Part shown: positions 47,005-55,195 of the stretch, piece by piece
How the letters are laid out: each line of letters opens with the position of its first letter
How positions within the stretch are numbered: the first letter of the stretch is position 1
IMG/VR virus record: IMGVR_UViG_3300008266_011815
From: an uncultured virus (IMG/VR IMGVR_UViG_3300008266_011815)
Taxonomy: Duplodnaviria; Heunggongvirae; Uroviricota; Caudoviricetes
Strand: one strand, 5' to 3'
Length of the DNA: 64,000 nt
Notes under the pieces: model-generated
The model's input: the letters and a program-made list of their open reading frames with translations, nothing else
What the model was told of the DNA's origin: nothing
Databases searched by the model: none
Position numbers and translations under genes: made by a program

Positions 47005-47594
47005 AGAAGTAAACCTTTTTCTTCAAAATGTTTAACTACATCATCCCATTGATAATTTTCTAAATTGAATCTTACACTTATGCAAAATCGATATTCATGA
47101 TCATTAGTAATGGCATGAGGTAAGTCTACTCTAACTAATGTAGCTTGATCAGAAATTTCTACAGAATCAATCTTAGTTAGTTGTTCAATTGGCCATTTAA
47201 CATCGTAAACAGAAGGTGCATTTTTAGTTACATGCATTTTGCCTTCAGGTAACTCATACCAGTGCATTTGACTGTGTTTGCCGCCAATTACCCAATTAAT
47301 TGCAAAGGGTACCGACTTAATTTGATCTTGTGTACTATTAGCATCAAGATCTATATGTGCCATTTGATCAGTAGTACCAATAGGTCTATAAAAAATGATT
47401 GATTTATATGCAAGTTCTAGGCCTAGAGAATTTACATATTCTATCCAAGACTTTTTAAAAAGTTTATTCGATTCTACAGTCCAAACTCTAAAATTAGGCA
47501 GGAACCTCGGTTCTCTATAAAACCATTTATAGGACGTACTCAACGCATCTTGCGTGTTTATATTCACTCTATGCCAACTAGGTAGGGGTTTCAT
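47001..47594 (-). CDS. cupin/2OG-Fe(II) dioxygenase-like protein
   Basis: AHID...PHAI...RFCISVR. Confidence 0.65.
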   Translation of the reverse strand: MKPLPSWHRVNINTQDALSTSYKWFYREPRFLPNFRVWTVESNKLFKKSWIEYVNSLGLELAYKSIIFYRPIGTTDQMAHIDLDANSTQDQIKSVPFAINWVIGGKHSQMHWYELPEGKMHVTKNAPSVYDVKWPIEQLTKIDSVEISDQATLVRVDLPHAITNDHEYRFCISVRFNLENYQWDDVVKHFEEKGLLL

Positions 47595-47658
47595 AATGCT
47601 ACTCTAAATTTATATTTATGGGGATTAAATTACCTCATAAATACTGGAGGAGTTGATT

Positions 47659-48435
47659 ATGAAAAAATATTGGTTAAAACACGAAATACCTATTGCCGAA
47701 GAACTAATGTCCTTGGCACCAAAACTACTACAAGAATTTTTGGACTTTCATCCTGATTGGCTTACAGGCGGATTTAAAGAAGGAAGAAGCCATGATTTTG
47801 TCAATTGGAAAACTGAAGGATTAAAATATACTCATCCTTATGCAGAACCTCCAATTGTGTTTAATGGATTAGAACAACCAGATATTGTTGCTGCATTTCC
47901 AACTGCTGCGGCATTAACTGAAAAATATTTTGACGATTGTCCTAGTAGCTTATATTCAACACTGGAACCGGGCATTATTCCAAGACACACCGGGAAAGAA
48001 AATAGAGACAACGAATACCTGCGTATTCATGTTCCGCTGCATACTCCTGCAGGAGACATTTTCTTTGAATGCGAGGGAGTAGAAATAGACTGGACAGACC
48101 TTTGGGGATTTAATAATCAGTTGATACATTCTGCACACAATTATACAGGACGTAGAAGATTGATCTATATGATAGATATCAGTTATAAAAGATTAGGTCT
48201 TGAAATACAACCTAAATATAATCCTATACGCGAACTTAGGATACCTGCATTTGTAAGAGGTAAGTTACCTAAGCAGCTTCATGCACATCAGGAACTGGCC
48301 TTAAAAGCTAATTTAGGATTAAAAGAAGTGGCTTATCAAAGCCCAGTAATAGATATGAAACCAATAGAAGGTTTCGTCAGTTATAAAGAAGAAGAAGCAC
48401 TTAGAGCTCAAAAAAAGAAGGAACAAGAACAATGA
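47659..48435 (+). CDS. Asp/Asn beta-hydroxylase-like dioxygenase
   Basis: YSTLEPGIIPRHTG, LRIHVPL, HSAHN..RRLI..ID. Confidence 0.75.
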   Translation: MKKYWLKHEIPIAEELMSLAPKLLQEFLDFHPDWLTGGFKEGRSHDFVNWKTEGLKYTHPYAEPPIVFNGLEQPDIVAAFPTAAALTEKYFDDCPSSLYSTLEPGIIPRHTGKENRDNEYLRIHVPLHTPAGDIFFECEGVEIDWTDLWGFNNQLIHSAHNYTGRRRLIYMIDISYKRLGLEIQPKYNPIRELRIPAFVRGKLPKQLHAHQELALKANLGLKEVAYQSPVIDMKPIEGFVSYKEEEALRAQKKKEQEQ

Positions 48436-48510
48436 CGGCCTTTCGTTCAACGGATAGGATGCTGCGCTTCGAACGCAGAGATATGGGTTCGATTCCTGTA
48501 GGGCCGGCCA
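48436..48510 (+). tRNA. tRNA-Arg(TCG)
   Basis: CTGCG-CTTCGAA-CGCAG; CCA. Confidence 0.92.
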
Positions 48511-48514
48511 GCTT

Positions 48515-49177
48515 ATGACAAAATTAGCATTAATCACAGGCGGCACACGAGGCATCGGAGCTGCCATTGCAGACAATTTAAGTCTTGACTACAAAGTGGT
48601 CACTGTTGGTCGTAGTGCCGGCGCAACAGAACAGGGTGATTTAACTGATAGCAATTTTAGAAATTATCTTGTTGAAACGTATACTCCTGATCTGTTTATC
48701 AACAATGCTGCGGCATTGTTTTTAGACAAATACAAAATGATTCACGTCAATGGTACAGTTGCAGTAGACTTACTGTTTAAATTCTATGACAAAATGAATC
48801 AAGGACAAATTATTAATCTGTCAAGTATTAGTGCAGAAAGATTGACCGGTGTTAAAGAAGGTGAGCCAAGAACTGCCTATGCTCTGGCTAAAAAGTTTTT
48901 AAAAGACAGTAGTTTGACACTGAGCAACAGTAGAATGAAGCCAATTAAAGTTATGTGTCTAAGCCCGTCAGCAGTAGATACTGACATGGCTAGAAGTCTC
49001 ACTGAGTATAGAGTCAAAGACGAAGACTATCAAAACTACAATTGGGACTCTAGTATTTGTTGGGCAAGACCTCAAGAAATCGCTAGTATAGTTAGATGGA
49101 TGATAGAACAGCCTGAGTGGATTAATATACCAGAAATGGTAGTAGATAACCACTACAGCAAATCATTTATTTGGTAA
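48515..49177 (+). CDS. short-chain dehydrogenase/reductase
   Basis: TGGTRGIG, NNAA, YALAK. Confidence 0.9.
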   Translation: MTKLALITGGTRGIGAAIADNLSLDYKVVTVGRSAGATEQGDLTDSNFRNYLVETYTPDLFINNAAALFLDKYKMIHVNGTVAVDLLFKFYDKMNQGQIINLSSISAERLTGVKEGEPRTAYALAKKFLKDSSLTLSNSRMKPIKVMCLSPSAVDTDMARSLTEYRVKDEDYQNYNWDSSICWARPQEIASIVRWMIEQPEWINIPEMVVDNHYSKSFIW

Positions 49178-50317
49178 TTAAAGATTATAAAAATACAGTC
49201 GCTTAACTTGTTCTTGATCTTGAAAGAAAGTGTATTGACTATTTTGTTTTATCTTTTCCAACATGCCTGGTTTAAAATTTACATTGTCCCATACATAGAA
49301 AAGATACAGATCATTATCGAATGTAACACTGTGCGGTACATGACTTCCTGAAAAAACTAGGATACTAGATCTAGCAGTAATTTTAAATTCATGCGGTTGT
49401 CTTTGATCTGTGTAAGATCGTTTTAATAACGCAGGACTACTATAGTAGCCTAAAAGATTAGGATCATCATCTGGGATTGGATCCCAGAACTTATAAGTAA
49501 GTCCAGTGCCATTAAAAGTTACACGAACAGCAATTGTTAGTGTAAGTCTGTTTTCTTCCGTGACGCGATGTGTATGTACAATAAATTCATTGTCCAAACT
49601 TTCATGTCCAATTAATACAGCAGCGTGATCGCAATCTTCTATAAAAGTTTCTGCAAGAGTTTCTGCATCTCTAGTTAACTGCATGAATCTTCTGTAGATA
49701 TAAGGCTGATCATACATGGCAGTTTGCATAGCATGATCAAACGTGTACATAAGTAGCCAAGTAGGAATTTTACCTTTGTGGGTAGACAGATCATGCGGTC
49801 TGCGTACAATACTACTGGTTCTTTCTTTAAGAAAACGAGAACCAGTTAAGTCAGGGCTCTTGTCCCAAATACCATTTCCTTTGTAGTCAATCATATTACC
49901 AATAGGTATTATATGTTTGACAAACCAATCTAAATGTAAAGGTAACAAGGTCCAACAAATTATTTGATTTTTTGGCGGGTAGTAAGTATATGGAAATTTA
50001 CTGACATATTCATCATTAGATGTATATCGATTGAACTCTACATCGGCTGCAGAATGTGCATTATGAAAACTAAGAATGAGATCATCATATTTGACTCTAT
50101 TTTCAGCAGCCCATTCGTCGTACTCTGCTTCCGACCAGAATATCACCCGAAGTTCGGACTCTAAACCGTTTGGCGTCCAATGTTGCTCTATGTTAACAAT
50201 CGCGTCTGATTTGAGCAACAGCTTGTATAATTCTATAATATCTTTGATGTTATGAGGATTTTCATCAATTGTAGTTCTTTTAACTACATTGTAAACTATG
50301 TAAAGATTTGAGTTCAT
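49178..50317 (-). CDS. hypothetical protein with C-terminal cupin-like domain
   Basis: IVHTH...VPHSV. Confidence 0.55.
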   Translation of the reverse strand: MNSNLYIVYNVVKRTTIDENPHNIKDIIELYKLLLKSDAIVNIEQHWTPNGLESELRVIFWSEAEYDEWAAENRVKYDDLILSFHNAHSAADVEFNRYTSNDEYVSKFPYTYYPPKNQIICWTLLPLHLDWFVKHIIPIGNMIDYKGNGIWDKSPDLTGSRFLKERTSSIVRRPHDLSTHKGKIPTWLLMYTFDHAMQTAMYDQPYIYRRFMQLTRDAETLAETFIEDCDHAAVLIGHESLDNEFIVHTHRVTEENRLTLTIAVRVTFNGTGLTYKFWDPIPDDDPNLLGYYSSPALLKRSYTDQRQPHEFKITARSSILVFSGSHVPHSVTFDNDLYLFYVWDNVNFKPGMLEKIKQNSQYTFFQDQEQVKRLYFYNL

Positions 50318-50361
50318 TGTCAAATATTTATTGAGTTAGCAAAATCTAAATTAAAATTAGG

Positions 50362-50390
50362 TTGACCAAATTAATGTTTGATAGTATAAT
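50362..50390 (+). promoter_or_regulatory. sigma70-type promoter
   Basis: TTGACC-N17-TATAAT. Confidence 0.7.
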
Positions 50391-50415
50391 AATAGAAATA
50401 AAAAAGGAGAGCATT

Positions 50416-51015
50416 ATGCCTGCTGTGTTTTTAGTAAGCGACACGCATTTTGGACACGCTGGTGTGTGCCGATTTTTGCGTGAAGATGGAAGCAAACTTC
50501 GTCCTTGGGATGATCCTAGCGAAATGGACGAGGCTATGATCAAGCGATGGAACGAACGTGTTCGCCCAAACGACAAAGTTTATCACTTAGGTGATGTAGT
50601 GATTAATCGTAAAGCATTATCTACGTTATCTCGCTTAAACGGAGACAAAGTGTTAATCCGTGGTAACCACGATATCTTTAGGGATGACGAGTATAGAATG
50701 TACTTTCGTGAATTACGTGCATACCACGTTATGAACGGAATGATCTTAAGTCATATTCCAGTACACGAAGCAAGTTTAGGTCGGTTTGGTGTCAACATTC
50801 ACGGACACTTACACGCAGGTCGTGTTAAAAAAGCACGTGGTATAAATGCTAAAACGGGAGAAGTTTTATACAGTGACGAAATTGATACTCGTTATCATTG
50901 CGTATGTGTAGAACAAACCGACTACACACCTATCTTGTTTGAAGACGTTATCAAGCGTATTGAAGAAGAAGGTGGGACCGTTGGATTTAAAAACGGCAAC
51001 GGTCCTACTATGTAA
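50416..51015 (+). CDS. calcineurin-like metallophosphoesterase
   Basis: SDTHFGH, HLGD, GNHD, SHIP, HGHLH. Confidence 0.92.
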   Translation: MPAVFLVSDTHFGHAGVCRFLREDGSKLRPWDDPSEMDEAMIKRWNERVRPNDKVYHLGDVVINRKALSTLSRLNGDKVLIRGNHDIFRDDEYRMYFRELRAYHVMNGMILSHIPVHEASLGRFGVNIHGHLHAGRVKKARGINAKTGEVLYSDEIDTRYHCVCVEQTDYTPILFEDVIKRIEEEGGTVGFKNGNGPTM

Positions 51016-51025
51016 GGAGAACATT

Positions 51026-51202
51026 ATGAAACCAACATTGTTTGAAAATCTATTTACTAAAGAAGTTGTAATTTGTGATAACCCTAAAGACATTCAAGCC
51101 ATTGACGGTGTCGAATATCTATTAGTACATAGAGAATATAACCAAAGAAAGTTTCTTATTCGTAGAGACAGTTTGAAAAAAATAGATAAAATAAAAGCTT
51201 GA
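51026..51202 (+). CDS. hypothetical protein
   Basis: AAGGAG RBS; MKPTLFENLF... Confidence 0.65.
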   Translation: MKPTLFENLFTKEVVICDNPKDIQAIDGVEYLLVHREYNQRKFLIRRDSLKKIDKIKA

Positions 51203-51258
51203 CAGTCTGTTGGTAAGACTATATAATAGAAGAATAGTTTAATTGTTCATTAAAAATT
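51199..51258 (+). promoter_or_regulatory. sigma70 promoter plus boxA-like element for the second tRNA block
   Basis: TTGACA-N17-TATAAT (51199-51227); TGTTCATTAAAAATT (51244-51258). Confidence 0.75.
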
Positions 51259-51269
51259 AAGTTTCTTCT

Positions 51270-51351
51270 GCGCATGTGGTGGAATGGTAGACACGCTAGT
51301 CTTAGGAACTAGTCTTTCGGGGTGGGGGTTCGAGTCCCTCCATGCGCACCA
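51270..51351 (+). tRNA. tRNA-Leu(TAG)
   Basis: Loop CTTAGGA; variable arm; CCA. Confidence 0.93.
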
Positions 51352-51440
51352 TATAGAAACACATTAACGGTACCCTCCGAGTAAAGATTGGGCTAAGTTA
51401 ATGTGACGTAATCTGAAGCCAGGTTAGTGTGTTCCTATAT

Positions 51441-51516
51441 GGGAGGTTAGCTCAGTTGGTAGAGCGTTGCCCTTACAAGGCAAATGTCGCCGGTTCGAAC
51501 CCGTCACCTCCTACCA
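51441..51516 (+). tRNA. tRNA-Val(TAC)
   Basis: Loop CTTACAA, CCA. Confidence 0.95.
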
Positions 51517-51523
51517 AATATGT

Positions 51524-51615
51524 CCCCCGGTAGTTTAACGGTAAAACAGCGGATTTATATCCCGTGTGCAACAGATAATTGGCCAATGTGGGTTCGACTC
51601 CCGCCTGGGGGACCA
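51524..51615 (+). tRNA. tRNA-Ile(TAT)-like with long variable region
   Basis: GCGGA-TTTATAT-CCCGT; ~22-nt variable region; CCA. Confidence 0.7.
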
Positions 51616-51622
51616 ATTTAAT

Positions 51623-51712
51623 GGAAGTGTGGCAGAGTCTGGTTTATTGCACCTGTCTTGAAAACAGACGAACCGAAAGGTTCCGTGAGTTCGAATCTCA
51701 CCGCTTCCGCCA
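51623..51712 (+). tRNA. tRNA-Ser(TGA)
   Basis: Loop CTTGAAA; long variable arm; CCA. Confidence 0.95.
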
Positions 51713-51796
51713 GATTTGATAAAATAGTTCTTGAATTTTTTTTGAACTTCATGTAATATATAGGTTCATTAGTTAAGTTCTTGAAAGGAAACAAAA

Positions 51797-52003
51797 ATGA
51801 ATTTGAAACTCAAAGCAGCATTAATTTCAATTGGTGTAATGGGCAGCGCATTTTTAACAGGGCTTATTTTAAGCCAATTTCCTACTTGGGTAGTAGGAGT
51901 TATTGCTATTGTTTTTGCCCTAGGTATAGTTTATAATCTAGCACTTGCTGGATTGAAGTTTGATCAAGCAGTAGAAAAAATGAACGAGAAATATCAAAAG
52001 TAA
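51797..52003 (+). CDS. two-TM membrane protein
   Basis: 68 aa, AAGGA RBS. Confidence 0.7.
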   Translation: MNLKLKAALISIGVMGSAFLTGLILSQFPTWVVGVIAIVFALGIVYNLALAGLKFDQAVEKMNEKYQK

Positions 52004-52010
52004 AGAATAT

Positions 52011-52105
52011 GGAGCGTTGGCCGAGTTGGTCGAAGGCACTTTCCTGCTAAGAAAGCATCGGGGCTAAAACTCTGATCGTTGGTTCGAATCCAACACGCTC
52101 CGCCA
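52011..52105 (+). tRNA. tRNA-Ser(GCT)
   Basis: Loop CTGCTAA; long variable arm; CCA. Confidence 0.95.
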
Positions 52106-52127
52106 AAATTTTATCATAGGATAATAA

Positions 52128-52307
52128 ATGTTAAATTTTTTTAAAAAATGGACACCTGTATTCATAGTATTCGCAATAATTATTAATTTAATTGCAAGTT
52201 ATGGAGCAGACAACGATGCGGCATTCAATGCCAACATTATTGCACTAACAGGATGGATAGTTATTGCATTTGAAACATTTACAAAAAGGTCACAATATGA
52301 AAGCTAA
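52128..52307 (+). CDS. small two-TM membrane protein
   Basis: MLNFFKKWTPVFIVFAIIINLIASYG...; AGGA RBS. Confidence 0.55.
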   Translation: MLNFFKKWTPVFIVFAIIINLIASYGADNDAAFNANIIALTGWIVIAFETFTKRSQYES

Positions 52308-52467
52308 TTCAAGTTTTAAACTAAGTAAGTCTAGTAAAATGATGATGGCCAGTATGTTGCCGCCACGTAGTCATGCTTTTAAAGCAGCAATGATTCAAGC
52401 AGAATTAGCAGCAGCCGTTAGGCCTAAAACTAATAAAGCAGATCGATCAGCTAAGGCGGCAGAATAA
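52297..52467 (+). CDS. small basic hypothetical protein
   Basis: MKANSSFKLSKSSK... Confidence 0.65.
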   Translation: MKANSSFKLSKSSKMMMASMLPPRSHAFKAAMIQAELAAAVRPKTNKADRSAKAAE

Positions 52468-52719
52468 ATGGCTGGCAAAGGTTCTAGACCTAGGCCTTAT
52501 AGCATAAGTCAAAATCAGTTTGCTAGCAACTGGGATAATATTTTTAATAAAGGTAAAACAATGCAAGTAAGAGTTCAAGAAAAAATTGGTACGTGTGGCT
52601 GTGGTCGTAGCCCAACAGGTAATTGTATTGGTTGGCACGGTCTTAGCGAATCGGAGTATCAAGCAAAATTAGCTTCGTATATTGCAGAACAAGATAAAGG
52701 AACAACAAATGCAGGTTAA
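52468..52719 (+). CDS. protein with CDGSH-like Fe-S motif (possibly two fused small ORFs)
   Basis: [15 protein letters not shown]; internal ATG at 52561. Confidence 0.6.
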   Translation: MAGKGSRPRPYSISQNQFASNWDNIFNKGKTMQVRVQEKIGTCGCGRSPTGNCIGWHGLSESEYQAKLASYIAEQDKGTTNAG

Positions 52720-52978
52720 AGCCAGTCATATTTTAGTACCAACGCTCACAGAAGCACAAGCATTACACAACAAAATTTCAGCAGGCGAAGACTTTGCTGA
52801 ATTAGCAAGAAACAGTAGCAGTTGTCCCAGTGGCCGCAATGGCGGTGACCTAGGAATGTTTGGTCGTGGACAAATGGTTAAACCATTTGAAGATGCCGCT
52901 TTTGGTCTTGATGTTGGTGGCCTCAGCGAGCCAGTCCAGACACAGTTTGGTTTTCACGTAATCAAACGTACTGCGTAA
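52709..52978 (+). CDS. parvulin-type peptidyl-prolyl isomerase (PpiC-like)
   Basis: [35 protein letters not shown]. Confidence 0.95.
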   Translation: MQVKASHILVPTLTEAQALHNKISAGEDFAELARNSSSCPSGRNGGDLGMFGRGQMVKPFEDAAFGLDVGGLSEPVQTQFGFHVIKRTA

Positions 52979-52984
52979 GAAATT

Positions 52985-53058
52985 GCCCTTTTAGTTAAAT
53001 GGTATAACAGTTGATTTGTAATCATCAATTGGTGGTTCGATTCCATCAAGGGGCACCA
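52985..53058 (+). tRNA. tRNA-Thr(TGT)
   Basis: Loop TTTGTAA, CCA. Confidence 0.93.
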
Positions 53059-53256
53059 AGAACCTCGTAGGCCCATCTACGTTATAAATGGGGGTCTGTT
53101 GGCTTAACCAGAACGCCAAGGCTCATGCGATGTGCCTCAGAACCCGCTATATGGGTGCAAGAAAAATCGTAGGTGGGTTCTACACCTTACCAGAAGTAAA
53201 TGTAGCGGACAGAGTAACAGCTCAGTCTAGGGCTAGTGAGGACTAGTGGCTAGGCA
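53059..53256 (+). ncRNA. unidentified structured RNA
   Basis: GC-richer spacer with a pseudoknot and several hairpins; no convincing ORF. Confidence 0.45.
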
Positions 53257-53330
53257 CTTTTATAGAACACATTCGGTTGGCTCATAGCCAACAGAGACAT
53301 AAGAAACGTGAGTGTGTTTTATCAAAGTAT

Positions 53331-53404
53331 GCGGGGTTAGTTTAATGGTAAAACTACAGATTTCCAATCTGTTGTTGAGAGTTCGATTCTCTCACTCCGC
53401 TCCA
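53331..53404 (+). tRNA. tRNA-Gly(TCC)
   Basis: Loop TTTCCAA, TCCA end. Confidence 0.93.
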
Positions 53405-53411
53405 GACATTT

Positions 53412-53489
53412 CGGAGTGTGGCGCAGTCTGGCTAGCGCACCTGGTTTGGGACCAGGGGGTCCAAGGTTCGAATCCTTGTACTCCGACCA
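53412..53489 (+). tRNA. tRNA-Pro(TGG)
   Basis: Loop TTTGGGA, CCA. Confidence 0.95.
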
Positions 53490-53493
53490 AGAC

Positions 53494-53674
53494 GTTCTGT
53501 CTAATCAGCAGATACTGTGACCCGCAGGATGAGAAGTGGTGTGATAGCCAAGGGTGGTACCACTCCTACCGAAGTGGCGCTGGCAATGCGAGAACGGAAC
53601 CCGTCGGGGAGTGGGTGGAGGCCATGGGTACGCAAGTAACTATGGTATAATTACCACCGGGGTTCGCAGAGCAC
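53494..53674 (+). ncRNA. unidentified structured RNA
   Basis: GC-rich; ends pair (GTTCTG/CAGAGC); nested GAACCC/GGGTTC, GGTGG/CCACC, CCACT/AGTGG helices. Confidence 0.5.
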
Positions 53675-53683
53675 TTAATTCAT

Positions 53684-53761
53684 GCACAGGTGGCAGAGAG
53701 GCCCAATGCAAGAGTCTGCAAAACTCTAAAGCCGTCGGTTCGAATCCGACCCTGTGCTCCA
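53684..53761 (+). tRNA. tRNA-Cys(GCA)
   Basis: Loop CTGCAAA; U73; CCA. Confidence 0.93.
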
Positions 53762-53775
53762 TACTTTTAAACAGT

Positions 53776-53852
53776 GGCGGAAGGGTGAAACGGTTTACAC
53801 GCTGGTCTCATAAGCCAGAAACATCAGGTTCGATTCCTGTTTTCCGCAACCA
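53776..53852 (+). tRNA. tRNA(CAT), initiator-like
   Basis: Loop CTCATAA; unpaired 1:72 (G/A); lacks the three consecutive G-C pairs. Confidence 0.8.
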
Positions 53853-53880
53853 AAGATAAATTATTATATGGAGTATTACT

Positions 53881-54018
53881 ATGAAGACTGGTGAAACTTT
53901 AAATAAAGCGTATGGTAATATTCCAAAAGAAGTTCCTAGAATAAATCTCTATGAGTTTGGTCCAGTGAGAGGTATTAAATACTATTGGATTAAATTTATT
54001 AGAAGATTCACAAGATGA
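53881..54018 (+). CDS. small hypothetical protein
   Basis: GGAG RBS; MKTGETLNKAYGNIPKEVP...IRRFTR. Confidence 0.55.
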   Translation: MKTGETLNKAYGNIPKEVPRINLYEFGPVRGIKYYWIKFIRRFTR

Positions 54019-54019
54019 T

Positions 54020-54095
54020 GCGGGCGTAGCTCAGTTGGTAGAGCGTTACCTTGCCAAGGTAAATGTCGTCAGTTCGAACCTGATCGCCCGCTCCA
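54020..54095 (+). tRNA. tRNA-Gly(GCC)
   Basis: Loop TTGCCAA, TCCA end. Confidence 0.96.
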
Positions 54096-54096
54096 A

Positions 54097-54510
54097 TTAC
54101 TTAAAGTAATTAGTTTCTCTCAGAGCAATGTTAATAAACTTGCTAGCAAATTCAAAATTTTTACTCAATGCTGTAAACAATTCCGGATTTAAAGATCTAC
54201 TGGCTATACTATAGCTTGTTGACCCAATATTGATATAATAACCAATATCCATTCCTCGTTGTTTACCAAAGGTTGGGAATACTCCGCAGAGAAACAAACA
54301 TTCGTCACCAAGATGCTTGGCATCACTAGCCGTTTGTATTGTTAAATAATTTTCAGCAATACTAGGTTTTGGATACCAATCGCTCTTTTCCATATGATCT
54401 GCCAATAGCAGCAGTATATAACTTTCAACATATTTGGGGAGCTCGTAGCCATAAAACTCGCTAGCCTCTTGCAAAAGTTGATAAAAGGCTGTAATATAGT
54501 GGTTGTTCAT
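54097..54510 (-). CDS. hypothetical protein
   Basis: Start moved to MNNHY (the track's N-terminus is antisense tRNA-Trp); ATAAATA just upstream; LGDECLFLCG.FP motif. Confidence 0.7.
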   Translation of the reverse strand: MNNHYITAFYQLLQEASEFYGYELPKYVESYILLLLADHMEKSDWYPKPSIAENYLTIQTASDAKHLGDECLFLCGVFPTFGKQRGMDIGYYINIGSTSYSIASRSLNPELFTALSKNFEFASKFINIALRETNYFK

Positions 54511-54525
54511 AAAAATATTTATTAC

Positions 54526-54599
54526 TACTCCATAGTGTAACGGCAGCATACCGGTCTCCAAAACCGTTGGTCGCGGTTCGAATCCGTGTGGGGTAGCCA
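54526..54599 (+). tRNA. tRNA-Trp(CCA), second copy
   Basis: Loop CTCCAAA, CCA. Confidence 0.92.
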
Positions 54600-54615
54600 T
54601 TAAAGAGAGATACAA

Positions 54616-55182
54616 ATGAGAAACTTAATTTTAACTTTAGACAGCAGCGGATTACCTCATGATTGGACTACTTGGCAAGATGCCGTTACATTGAAGTGTA
54701 AGGGATCTATCGCCTGGGAATTTGGTGATGAAGAATTCGTTTTCAGAGGCGGTACTAACCGTATGACTGGGCTACCTTCTGAAGTTAGTATCAGTTCGAT
54801 TATAGCTCTCAAATCTAAATTTTCTAACCGAAATCGAACACCGGCATTTAACAATCGAAACCTTTTTAGAAGAGATCTAGGCGTATGTGCTTACTGTGGC
54901 GTAACACACAAAGAAATTGATCTTACCAAAGATCATATTCAACCACAAAGCAGAGGCGGAGTTACTAACTGGATGAACTGCGTTACTGCATGTAAACGCT
55001 GTAACAACAAAAAGGACGATAGAACTCCTGAAGAAGCAAATATGTTACTAAAGTATGTGCCGTATATTCCAGATCGAGCAGAAGGATTAATACTGCGTAA
55101 TAGAAACATACTTGTAGATCAAATGGAGTTTTTGAAAAACTTTTTACCCAAGCACAGTAGAATGTTATCAATGTTTAACTAA
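54616..55182 (+). CDS. HNH endonuclease
   Basis: RDLGVCAYCG, DHIQPQSRGG..W.NCVTAC..CN..K. Confidence 0.92.
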   Translation: MRNLILTLDSSGLPHDWTTWQDAVTLKCKGSIAWEFGDEEFVFRGGTNRMTGLPSEVSISSIIALKSKFSNRNRTPAFNNRNLFRRDLGVCAYCGVTHKEIDLTKDHIQPQSRGGVTNWMNCVTACKRCNNKKDDRTPEEANMLLKYVPYIPDRAEGLILRNRNILVDQMEFLKNFLPKHSRMLSMFN

Positions 55183-55195
55183 CCTTAAGGCAAAT

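Noticed and set aside
53494..53674. RNase P RNA
   Set aside because: The conserved GAGGAAAGUCC and P4 signatures are absent.
53312..53859. ORFs 53312..53650 and 53554..53859
   Set aside because: They overlap tRNA-Gly, Pro, Cys, Met and the structured RNA; open frames are expected from the higher GC.
54511..54615. N-terminal extension of ORF 54097..54615
   Set aside because: It is the antisense of tRNA-Trp; the ATG at 54510 follows an ATAAATA motif and is the better start.
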